Source: an uncultured Clostridia bacterium (GTDB lineage: Bacteria > Bacillota > Clostridia > Christensenellales > UBA1242). From it: DNA of 64,000 nucleotides. Location of the stretch: NCBI GenBank assembly GCA_944383915.1, contig CALWRJ010000023.1, positions 10,274 to 74,273 of the forward strand, read 5' to 3'. The position numbers were made by a program, and so were the translations under genes. Under the pieces are notes generated by a model that ran no database searches, was not told where the DNA came from, and was given only the letters and a program-made list of their open reading frames with translations. The stretch's first letter is position 1; each line of letters begins with the position of its first letter. Positions 9,112 to 17,526 of the stretch are shown one piece after another.

Positions 9112-9810
9112 TTTAAAACGCCATAACACCCTATCACATAATGCAATAGTTATATTGATAAATTATTAAAGAGTAGCAAAAATGTATTATTTTTTAAAAC
9201 CTTTTAATTTAACATAATACAACGCACCACACCAAAAATTTAATATATAAAATAATTAAAACCTTACGAACCCACCCAAAATATAAACAAATAAAAGGAG
9301 TTTAAATAATAAATTTTAAATTAAAAAGACTGAAACTAAATTAAAAATTATAAAATTAACAAAACAAATTGCAAATTAGAAAACTTAATCAACAAAAAAT
9401 TAATTAAAAATTAGGAATAACATAATAAAAATTTTAAAAACAAAGTAAATTAGAAAATGAAAATAAATTAGAGAAGTTAAACAAAGTAAATTAGAGAATA
9501 AAATAAACTAGGTAATTAAAGAAATAACACTAAAATAAATAACTAGGTCAATCATAAAAACAAACTAATTGGAGATTATTTGTACAATGCCAAGAAAAAG
9601 GTAAATATTTTGTCCACACCCACTAAATTTTTTAAGAAATTTAGTTTTCGTAAAGGTTAAAAATTACTTTCACACACGGTTATTTAGTGTGTATTTTGTA
9701 TCTTTTTTTATATTTCGTCTAAATTAGGTTTAAAATTTGGAAATTTAACAATAATTGCATATGTAGTTACAATAATTTTTTGGTAAAATTGTCATAGGAG
9801 AAAATGTAAT

Positions 9811-10929
9811 ATGCGTAAATTTTTTATTTTTGGAACAGTCACTTGTTTGATGCTTTCGTGTTTTGTCGGCAGTGCGAATTTATCACCACTTAATGATTTT
9901 GAAACAACCCATCAAGTTATCACTTCATCACCGCTAGCAAGTAACAGTGAAACTTTATTGCAATTAGAAAATCAAGTTGCCACTTCATCACCGCTAGCAA
10001 ATCAAATTGAAATTTCGCCAACGCAAGTAAATGAAATTTCCACTTCACTAGCGCAAATAAGCCAAAGCGGAACATCAACATCAACAAATCAATTTAAAAC
10101 TTCGTTAGCAATCAATCAAAACAAAACCACATCACCGCTAGTAAATTTAAACTCAAGCCAAAGTACCGCACAGAATTCTGTAAATCTTGAAAATGCTAGT
10201 ATAGGCGAAATTTACTATCGAATTGTGAGCGAAAACGCTATTCTTTACCGCGCACCGCTTGAAAGCACGGAAAGTAGCAATGTTTATTTTTGCCTGCCCG
10301 CCACCTATTTTGTGCGTTTCAATAGCACTTTTGACGAAAAATTTTTAAATGTCACCTATCGCGATTTTACAGGCTATGTGCTTGCTGACGATGTCGAACG
10401 CGTTTACTCCACCCCACTCACTCCTTTTGCAAATCAAACTTTTTCGGTGCAAGGAATTGCGAATTTAGTTTTGCGCAGTGAACCTACGACAAGTAGCGAA
10501 TATATCGGCACCATTCCTTTTAACGCAACCGACATTGAATTTTTCGGCGCGATTGAAGGCGAACAAGCCAACAGCGAATTATCTAACCTTTGGTATTTTT
10601 GCAGATACACAAGTTTTGAACAAGGCATTTTAACAGGCTATGTCTATGCTCCACTCACTAACAATCTTACACCACTCGAGCCGAACACCGAAATTGTCGA
10701 AACCGAGCCGAGCGCCGAAGTTAATACTGACGGTGTGCTTGCTCCCGAACTCCAAAGTGGCACTAGCTTTTGGTTAATTATCGGCTTAACTATTCGAGCG
10801 CTTTTACTTTTACTGTTAGTTTTAAAACCTGGAAAGAACAGAAAAAACAAAGTCGCTAAAAGACAAATTGCGAATCTCAACAAACTTTCGCTTCCAGATA
10901 AAACCAACAAAGATGAATTTGATTTTTAA
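9811..10929 (+). CDS. membrane-anchored secreted protein with SH3b-like repeats (372 aa)
   Basis: AGGAG RBS and an N-terminal signal peptide (MRKFFIFGTVTCLMLSCFVGSA). Has S/T/Q-rich repeats (SSPLA) and two SH3b-like segments. Ends with a C-terminal TM helix plus a basic tail. Confidence 0.6.
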   Translation: MRKFFIFGTVTCLMLSCFVGSANLSPLNDFETTHQVITSSPLASNSETLLQLENQVATSSPLANQIEISPTQVNEISTSLAQISQSGTSTSTNQFKTSLAINQNKTTSPLVNLNSSQSTAQNSVNLENASIGEIYYRIVSENAILYRAPLESTESSNVYFCLPATYFVRFNSTFDEKFLNVTYRDFTGYVLADDVERVYSTPLTPFANQTFSVQGIANLVLRSEPTTSSEYIGTIPFNATDIEFFGAIEGEQANSELSNLWYFCRYTSFEQGILTGYVYAPLTNNLTPLEPNTEIVETEPSAEVNTDGVLAPELQSGTSFWLIIGLTIRALLLLLLVLKPGKNRKNKVAKRQIANLNKLSLPDKTNKDEFDF

Positions 10930-10982
10930 TTACTAAATTTATTTGTATTTTGTAAAAATTTGTAAAAATTTGCTATTTTTTA

Positions 10983-11010
10983 GTACTATGCACGGTATTA
11001 TGCATAGTAT
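10983..11010. repeat. inverted pair of the motif (GTACTATGCA ... TGCATAGTAT)
   Basis: GTACTATGCA at 10983-10992 and TGCATAGTAT at 11001-11010, between convergent genes. Confidence 0.8.
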
Positions 11011-11035
11011 TATGCATTATTTAAAGCATATTTTT

Positions 11036-11300
11036 TGTTTTTTAGCCAATTTCCCACCCAAACACACTTCGGCATCGACAAGGTATGATTTTTATTTATT
11101 AGCCAACTTTTGCCTAAACAAATTTCAACATCACCATAAAACTAATTTTTATTTTTAGCCAACCATCTACCCGAACGCACTTCGGCAACGACATAAAACT
11201 AATTGTTGTTTTTGGCAAACTTTCTGCCGAACACACTTAAACATCGACACGGGAAATATTTTTATTTTTAGCCAACTTCCTACCCTTTTGTGTTTTATTA
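11036..11300 (+). repeat. 56-57-bp tandem repeat, about 4.5 units
   Basis: The anchor TTAGCCAA (once TTGGCAAA) recurs at 11042, 11099, 11155, 11212 and 11268. The unit body ...ACACACTTCGGCATCGACA... is degenerate between copies. Confidence 0.8.
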
Positions 11301-11383
11301 TTTCTTAATGCTGATACACCGTGTTTATTACTTGTAAAGAATTATCCTGTAGCAATATAAAAACCACCACTATATTTTACTAA

Positions 11384-11929
11384 CTAGAAAAAGTTTGGCA
11401 CGCGCAACTTCCTAATTCGGTACGGTTGCTTTGGCTCTGGCAAAAATTCTTTTTTCCTTTTTGATGTTGTTTTGAGTAAAAACTTATTATAAATTCGCGC
11501 AAGGGGCAAATTGTTTTTCACAATATTCTCAACATCGATTTTTGAAATATTAATGCTACTTAAATTTTTAATAAACTTATTAAGTGCGTGCCTTAAATAC
11601 GCATTCGCAGTTAGCTGTCCAACATTACGCACAAATGCCAACTGCCCCATACTTAGCCCCTCTATATAATACTGCTTTAAAATTTTCGCGTCTGTATGAT
11701 TGAGTGTGTCAAGCCCCTCCTCAATCACGCACTTTAAAGTCACAAGTTGCTTTTTCTGCTCCATAATATCAATGATACCCTCGATGCCGTCAAGTGTGTA
11801 AAACGGGTCAAGCGTCAAAGTATAACTATTCGCGCAGTACCTGCTTATCGTTTTGTCAAACCGCTTTAAAACTCCGTCAAGCCGAGAGTACACCGAAAAA
11901 ATTGTTCTCGCTAAAATTAAATCATTCAT
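11384..11929 (-). CDS. sigma-70 region-4-like HTH protein (181 aa)
   Basis: The segment LDTLNHTDAKILKQYYIEGLSMGQLAFVRNVGQLTANAYLRHALNKF matches the sigma region 4 / LuxR-type HTH pattern. No region 2 recognised. Confidence 0.4.
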   Translation of the reverse strand: MNDLILARTIFSVYSRLDGVLKRFDKTISRYCANSYTLTLDPFYTLDGIEGIIDIMEQKKQLVTLKCVIEEGLDTLNHTDAKILKQYYIEGLSMGQLAFVRNVGQLTANAYLRHALNKFIKNLSSINISKIDVENIVKNNLPLARIYNKFLLKTTSKRKKEFLPEPKQPYRIRKLRVPNFF

Positions 11930-12152
11930 AATATCCCCCCTATTTGTCAGTTTACAAAAAATCTTTCGTATTTTTGCTTTTGCACTTTTTACAATTATTT
12001 TATTAATTTTGCCCTTTAAATAGACAACTTAAAAAACTTTAATTTTTAGGAAAAATATATAAGTTTAACGAATGAAGGTGAATATACAAAATTGTATCAG
12101 CAACAACCACCACTTAAAAATTTTTAAACGCAAATTTTTTAGTTTAATTTTG

Positions 12153-12410
12153 TTTAAGTTGCGTTTCTTTTATTTTAAATTTTATAAGTCGCACGCTTCT
12201 TTTTATTGTTTCTATAAAAATGTGCTTATGTTTTAAATTGGCTTTTGTTTTAAAATTTTAAAATTTCACATCATCCGTTTTTCAAGTTGGCTTTTGTTTA
12301 AAAATTTTTAAGTTGCACTTTGTTTGTTTTTAAACGGCCAAATTTTTTAAGCTGTTTTGCTTTGCTCGTTTTTTAAGTTGTCTTTCTTTTGTTTAAAATT
12401 TTTCAAGTTG
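12153..12410 (+). repeat. 7 dispersed direct copies of TT(T/C)AAG(T/C)TG in a T-rich spacer
   Basis: Copies at 12153, 12184 (TATAAGTCG), 12281, 12307, 12346, 12372 and 12402, all in the same orientation. Confidence 0.6.
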
Positions 12411-12511
12411 TGCCGATTTTTAAAATTGTTTTTGTGGACATCACTGCACCCCCTTACGAAAGATTTTTTTGCAAACATTCTGTAAATGTTCGAAACTTTC
12501 TCGTACATTTT

Positions 12512-12525
12512 AGAACATTTGTTCG
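12512..12525. promoter_or_regulatory. LexA (Cheo/SOS) box AGAACATTTGTTCG overlapping a putative promoter
   Basis: Matches the Gram-positive consensus CGAACN4GTTCG in 13/14 positions. TATAAT lies at 12531-12536, with a TTTAGA-like -35 overlapping the box. Confidence 0.55.
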
Positions 12526-12595
12526 CATTATATAATATAATTCCTGACAATGTGTGTCAACAATTATTAAAAAGTCGAAAAAATTTTGAAATATA

Positions 12596-12634
12596 TTGAA
12601 TTTTTTTGTCTAATGGCTTAAAATGTGCTATAAT
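12596..12634 (+). promoter_or_regulatory. putative sigma-A promoter(s) of the membrane-protein gene
   Basis: TTGAAT (12596-12601), 17-nt spacer, TAAAAT (12619-12624). There is also an extended -10, TGCTATAAT, at 12626-12634. Confidence 0.4.
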
Positions 12635-12655
12635 ATAGGGTGGAGAAATGAAATT

Positions 12656-14569
12656 ATGAGAAAATTTAAGTCGCGGGTTTTGATTTTTTGGATTTTGCTT
12701 TTAGGGGTGTTGCTGATTTTACCCCCTATTTTCGCGATTTTTCACAATAATACCAGCACGCAAAATGCGATGAGAGCCGTTTTAAGCCTTAAAAATGATA
12801 CTTTACCTATTGAAAATTCGGCTTTATTAAGCGCCAAAAACAGCAATTATGCAGAGTTCACCGCGATAAATCAAACGAACTATTCGCAAAACGCAACCGC
12901 ACGCTCCTTTGACCGCCAATCTATTTCGTTTATGAATGGAGTAGACAGCCTAACGAGTGTAACCGACCTTGCCTACTCTAGCGAAATTCTCTACGCGACT
13001 GACGGGCGCTACATTTGGTCAAATGACGGAACGACCGCGCAGATAATTTTCGAAAACACCGAAGGCACGATTGACGATTTTGTCGTGGTTGGAGATTTGA
13101 TTGTTTACTCAAAAGCCGATTTATACCTTTATGTGCTAGACCTTAACAGTCCGCTCGGCGACACCAACCCCGCAAGCATCACCGAATACTATACGACTTC
13201 CCCCGACCCGATTCGCTTGCCCGATGGACAAAAAAAATTGACCGCGAGTGCGACCGGCGAAATTTTCGTAATTTTCAACAACTTCGTTGCGCGCCTTGAC
13301 AGCGTCACCGCGAGCGCGCCCACCTATCGTTTAAATTATGTAAGCGAACTTTTTACTGATACGGAATTTAGCACGGGCGGGTTTTTCGCGAGTGAAAATG
13401 GAAATAAACTTTGGTACAGCGCGAGCACGGAAATTTTCTGCATCGATTTAGAAAACGCCACGACTAGCCAAACCGATATCGTGGCGAACGCCGAAATTCG
13501 CGAGTTGGCAGTCGATGTGCTTGGAAATATTTTCTACCTTACGGACACCGAGATTTGCAAAAACGACACGACCACCGGAATTGACGATTACACGCAAAAC
13601 GCGGTTTTTGACTTTGCGAGCGGAGCAATTTTCGCGACAAATGGTTCGCAAATTGTGCGAGCGACTGACAATATTGACCAAGATTTTATGACGAATTACA
13701 GCACGCAACCTGCCCCAATCGAGTTGGCGGACATTTCCGCATCCACCCAAATTTTCGAAGTGGTGAAAGTCAACGCGGGCACGAATTTGTACTTTTACAG
13801 TAGCCTTACGACAAGATTAAGCGAGTACGACACGGAGAAAAATCTCCTGCTCCTTTCAAGCGACAACGCCGATTTTTACTACATTTTGGACACAAATTAC
13901 CCTGATGGTAGCGGTTTTATCACAGGTTATATCGAAAAAACCGATGCAACTATTTTGGAAAATTCCACGACCGCCGACACCGCGCGCGTAGTGGTTGCCA
14001 GCACGAAACTTTACATTTTGCCGAGTAGCGTTGCACTTTATGAAAATTACACAGCCGATTTACAAAAAATCACTTATGGGAAAAATTTGACCATTTTATT
14101 TGCCCCAGCCTATCCCACCGACTCGAACGGCGCGACATTTTTCGCTGTTCAAATCGAAAATGACGAAAATGTTTACTATATCGACAGCCGAACCGTTGTT
14201 GGCGTAGAATTTGATAACGATATTCCAAACCAAGTCGTGTACAACACGAGCCTGCGCGCTGATACGATTGTGTATAGCGACCAAGGTTTAACGACCGAGT
14301 GCGACACGATAAAAAAAGGCACGATGGTGGCAATTCTTGAAACCGTTGACGGAGTCGCAAAAATCGAGTACCAACTTTTAAACGAAAATAACGAAGTCAT
14401 CGACACCGCGCAGGGCTACATTCCGCGTTCTTTCCTAAATGACGGAACGCTCAACGCGACTCAAATCGTTGGCATTGTTTTGATGTGCGTGTCGCTCGTA
14501 ATGGCAATTGTCATCGCGGTAGCCCTTCACCAAAACAACAAAAAGAAAAAAAGCCAAGCACTCGAATAG
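12656..14569 (+). CDS. large membrane protein with C-terminal SH3b-like domains (637 aa)
   Basis: ORF-track ORF 12623-14569. I prefer the ATG at 12656, downstream of GGTGGAG. Has an N-terminal TM, a long extracytoplasmic region, SH3b-like segments near the C-terminus, then a TM helix and a KKKK tail. Same overall architecture as ORF 9811-10929. Confidence 0.6.
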   Translation: MRKFKSRVLIFWILLLGVLLILPPIFAIFHNNTSTQNAMRAVLSLKNDTLPIENSALLSAKNSNYAEFTAINQTNYSQNATARSFDRQSISFMNGVDSLTSVTDLAYSSEILYATDGRYIWSNDGTTAQIIFENTEGTIDDFVVVGDLIVYSKADLYLYVLDLNSPLGDTNPASITEYYTTSPDPIRLPDGQKKLTASATGEIFVIFNNFVARLDSVTASAPTYRLNYVSELFTDTEFSTGGFFASENGNKLWYSASTEIFCIDLENATTSQTDIVANAEIRELAVDVLGNIFYLTDTEICKNDTTTGIDDYTQNAVFDFASGAIFATNGSQIVRATDNIDQDFMTNYSTQPAPIELADISASTQIFEVVKVNAGTNLYFYSSLTTRLSEYDTEKNLLLLSSDNADFYYILDTNYPDGSGFITGYIEKTDATILENSTTADTARVVVASTKLYILPSSVALYENYTADLQKITYGKNLTILFAPAYPTDSNGATFFAVQIENDENVYYIDSRTVVGVEFDNDIPNQVVYNTSLRADTIVYSDQGLTTECDTIKKGTMVAILETVDGVAKIEYQLLNENNEVIDTAQGYIPRSFLNDGTLNATQIVGIVLMCVSLVMAIVIAVALHQNNKKKKSQALE

Positions 14570-14830
14570 CAGTAGAAAAATAAAAACAACACTTTTTTAA
14601 ATAACAGTAGAAAAATGCTTTATCGAAAAACAAAGCATACTCAAATATAGAAAACTTACACTTTCGCAAACAACAATAAAAATTGCTCTTATGAATATCA
14701 AGATAAAAAACTTTTTCTTGAATAACTAAAAACACTTTCTCGATTAGTAAAATTACGCTCTATCGAATAACAAAAAAGCACTATCTTGAATAGCAGTAGA
14801 AATGCTTTCTCGAATAGCGAAATAAAAAAA
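14557..14830 (+). repeat. about 11 degenerate ~24-bp tandem units (core CTnTCGAATAnCA...AAAAA)
   Basis: Recurrent CTCGAATAGCAGTAGAAA, ATCGAATAACAAAAAA, CTTGAATAGCAGTAGAAA and similar, starting at the stop codon of ORF 12656-14569. Confidence 0.55.
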
Positions 14831-14865
14831 ACGCCGTTTGTTTTAAATGGCGTTTTTCTTTTTAA
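14829..14865 (+). terminator. putative intrinsic terminator
   Basis: Stem AAACGCC / GGCGTTT with a 13-nt loop, followed by a T-run. Confidence 0.45.
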
Positions 14866-15316
14866 AATTTTATGAAAGGCAAATAATAACATTGTCGGTA
14901 CTTAAAAAATTTGTATTAACAAAAAAACAATCAAAGCAAGCAAACAAAATAAATGTAGTGTTTTACCAACTGAACAATTAATAACAACGCAGAAAAGACT
15001 GTGTTTTTTTACTAATAAAATAAACGATAACAATGCATAATAAAAGCAAGCAAACAAAAAAGTTTTTGACAAAACAAAAATTAAGGCAGTGCTTTTTAAT
15101 AAAAATCACCGATACGAAATTAAAAAAGCAAAGTTAGTGCTTTGCTAAGAAATTATTAAAACAAAAGGCGTACTTTTTAAAGTACAATTCGCAGGCTTTT
15201 AAATTTGATAAGTAACAACTATTTTTTTACTTTCCCAAAAATCAAGAGAGAGGATATAAAAATAATTTATTATTTTATTTATTTTTTTATTAAGAAGCCG
15301 TATTATTAGTAATGCG

Positions 15317-15476
15317 TGTGGAAATGTGGAAAACTTTAATTCTCGCCTTCCCTTTTTGCCTTAGGTTAGCCAAAATTAGAACATATGTTTGAAAACTTTT
15401 TCTGTGGATAACTATGTGGACAACCACCCAAAACTTGTGGAAAAGATGTGGAAAAGTAGTAAAAAAGTGTGGAAAA
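15317..15476 (-). promoter_or_regulatory. cluster of 7 DnaA boxes in the same orientation
   Basis: Plus-strand boxes: TGTGGAAAT 15317, TGTGGAAAA 15325, TGTGGATAA 15403 (perfect complement of TTATCCACA), TGTGGACAA 15415, and TGTGGAAAA at 15436, 15447 and 15468. Confidence 0.8.
15378..15391. promoter_or_regulatory. LexA-like box AGAACATATGTTTG (weaker)
   Basis: Two mismatches to CGAACN4GTTCG. Located inside the DnaA-box cluster. Confidence 0.35.
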
Positions 15477-15504
15477 CTCGTTTTTTTATGTATTTTTTGA
15501 AAAT

Positions 15505-15681
15505 TTAAAATTTTTTGCCCTTATTTTGCCCTTTTTTCTCTCGGCGAAACCAATCTAAATAGCGCAAATTTTCAATCTGAAATTGCAAATTTCCATTCGT
15601 GCAATTTGCAATTAGAGCGTTGTATTTTTTGCGTGTGCCGCTATAAAAATTCGCACCATTTTGCCAAAATTTTGTTTTCAT
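15505..15681 (-). CDS. possible small basic protein (58 aa), not in the ORF track
   Basis: Hand translation: MKTKFWQNGANFYSGTRKKYNALIANCTNGNLQFQIENLRYLDWFRREKKGQNKGKKF. AGGGG lies 6 nt upstream of the ATG, with a TATAAT-like -10 further upstream. Ends about 30 nt from the DnaA-box cluster. Confidence 0.3.
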   Translation of the reverse strand: MKTKFWQNGANFYSGTRKKYNALIANCTNGNLQFQIENLRYLDWFRREKKGQNKGKKF

Positions 15682-15845
15682 AACCGCCCCTGCTCTTTAA
15701 AAATTTTCGTTTTTTAGTACTTAATATATAATATATTATACGAAGTTTAGTTTTAAGTCAAATGATTTATTAAGCCAAAAATGTTAAAAGGTGCGAAAAA
15801 TTGTGAAAAAACTGTAATTTTCATCGTTTTTTCGCGAAATTTTAG

Positions 15846-15949
15846 GTACTATGCAACAAATTTACAAAAATAATGAGGTACTATGCAATATATTTGGGAA
15901 AATTGAAGTACTATGCAATAAATTCGCAAAATATTGGGATACTATGCAA
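15846..15949 (+). repeat. 4 direct copies of GTACTATGCAA spaced 32/30/31 bp (three helical turns)
   Basis: Copies at 15846, 15878, 15908 and 15938 (GATACTATGCAA). This is the reverse-complement orientation of the TGCATAGTAC motif. Lies 120-220 nt upstream of ylbJ. Confidence 0.85.
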
Positions 15950-16068
15950 CTAAATTAACTTTTTATAATATTTTTAGGTATAAATTTGTTTCAAAATTAA
16001 AAATAATAAACCGCTAGTTTAAGTCTCCGCGGTGTTATATTTATTAAATTTTTAAAATAAAATACTAT

Positions 16069-17061
16069 ATGAAAGTTTTGTTTGTAAAAATACGGTACAT
16101 CGGGCTTGCGGTGTTGATTGTTTTTATTATGCTCGCCCTTGTACTTAACCCCGAAAGGTATATGCAGTCCGTCACGAACGGGCTAATGGTTTGGCTCTAT
16201 TCGGTACTCCCCGCGCTGTTCCCCTTCTTTTTCTTTTCGGGGCTACTAATTAAACTACACGTTGTGGACAATCTCGGCGCGCGTTTTAGCAAGTTTACGC
16301 AAAAAGCATTCCACTGCCCAGGCTCGAGCGGAATAATTTACCTATTAAGCATAGTTTCTGGCTACCCAGTCGGCGCAAAAATTGCGAGCGAGATGTACAA
16401 AAGTGGCGCGCTGACTCGCGAACAAGTTATGCGGGTGAACGCGTTTGCCTCGACTTCGGGACCCCTTTTTATTGTTGGCGCGGTTGGTGTTGGAATGTTT
16501 TTAGACCACACTTGCGGAATAATAATGTTGATTTCTCATTACATCGGCGCACTACTTAACGGGCTATTATACCGCAATTACGGGTACAAAAAGGAGAAAC
16601 TCGAAGCGCCATATGTACTTAACAAGAACACCGAGGACATTATGTCTGCGACAATGTACGACTCGATTATTTCGATTTTATTGGTCGGCGGATACATTGC
16701 AATTTTCTTTATTTTGATTGATATTTTAGGAAATTTTGGCATTTTAAGCGTAATTTCGCAATTTTTTAGCGTAATTTTAAACTTTTTGGGGCTGGACTCG
16801 TCACTTTCTGTTGGACTAGCGAGTGGGATTTTCGAAGTCACGCGTGGGTGTTTGGACTTGTCGCAAGCGGGCGCGAGCCTAAAAGTCATTATTCCCCTGG
16901 CGTGCGCGCTCATCTCGTGGGGTGGAATTAGTATTCACTTCCAGTCGCTCACCTTTTTATCGAAGTGCGGTATCAAAAAACGCGTCTTTTTCCTGCAAAA
17001 ATTCACGCAAAGCATAATTAGTGGGCTCGTTTGTTTAGTATTTGTGCTTTTGTTTTTGTAG
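16069..17061 (+). CDS. ylbJ: sporulation integral membrane protein YlbJ-like (nucleoside-recognition/gate domain)
   Basis: Polytopic membrane protein. The pattern LPALFPFFFFSGLL...SGYPVGAKIA...TSGPLFIVGAVG matches the YlbJ family from recall. Confidence 0.6.
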   Translation: MKVLFVKIRYIGLAVLIVFIMLALVLNPERYMQSVTNGLMVWLYSVLPALFPFFFFSGLLIKLHVVDNLGARFSKFTQKAFHCPGSSGIIYLLSIVSGYPVGAKIASEMYKSGALTREQVMRVNAFASTSGPLFIVGAVGVGMFLDHTCGIIMLISHYIGALLNGLLYRNYGYKKEKLEAPYVLNKNTEDIMSATMYDSIISILLVGGYIAIFFILIDILGNFGILSVISQFFSVILNFLGLDSSLSVGLASGIFEVTRGCLDLSQAGASLKVIIPLACALISWGGISIHFQSLTFLSKCGIKKRVFFLQKFTQSIISGLVCLVFVLLFL

Positions 17062-17174
17062 GTTTTTAATTTGCTTTATTGTTAGTTTTTGTGTGTTTTT
17101 GTTGTTTTTTATTTGTATTTTTAGTTTTATTTTGTTTTTTGCTACTTTTTTATCTTGTTCTGTTTATTTATATA

Positions 17175-17506
17175 GGCGAAAAAATTTTCGCTACGCGAAA
17201 AACATTTTCGCACTCAAAACAAAATGCTTATTCGCTACGCTCAAATTAGCAATTAGCAGGTAGCAATTAGCAATTATGGAGTTATTACTTAAATATTTAG
17301 GTATTCCTGCCTTAATTACTAATTAATTAAAGTTTTTTTTGTTACGCGCGGTTCGGCGGGGATAGAGCCCCCGCAGGCTCAATACGCCTTCGGCGAGTAC
17401 AATACTCTTTTATTATACCCAGCCTTAACTGCTAACTGCTAATTGCTAATTGCTAATTTGAGCGTAGCGAATAAGACTGCTAATTGTTAATTGCTAATTG
17501 TAAATT
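17175..17506. repeat. mosaic intergenic element L1
   Basis: GCGAAAA..TTTTCGC hairpins. AATTAGC-type array 17244-17275 is inverted relative to the GCTAATT-type array 17427-17458. The flanks CTTATTCGCTACGCTC / GAGCGTAGCGAATAAG are also inverted. GC cassette at 17343-17400. Preceded by a ~110-nt T/G-rich tract. Confidence 0.9.
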
Positions 17507-17526
17507 ACAACAAGGTTGTAATTTAC
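17500..17526 (-). terminator. 12-bp-stem hairpin overlapping the stop codon of ORF 17523-18320
   Basis: GTAAATTACAAC-AAG-GTTGTAATTTAC. Confidence 0.5.

Noticed and set aside
15317-15476. DnaA-box cluster as the chromosomal replication origin (oriC)
   Set aside because: Not adopted as the primary call. No dnaA or dnaN is nearby. The strongly minus-strand orientation of essential operons to the right is opposite to what an origin here would produce in a Firmicute. The question stays open pending whole-genome skew analysis.
17244-17275. Heptamer arrays as coding sequence for heptad or 7-aa repeat proteins
   Set aside because: AATTAGC/AATTAGG/AATTAGT arrays contain stop codons in all six frames. 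AATTCAA arrays have stops in all three frames of one strand, and no ORF is associated with the other strand.
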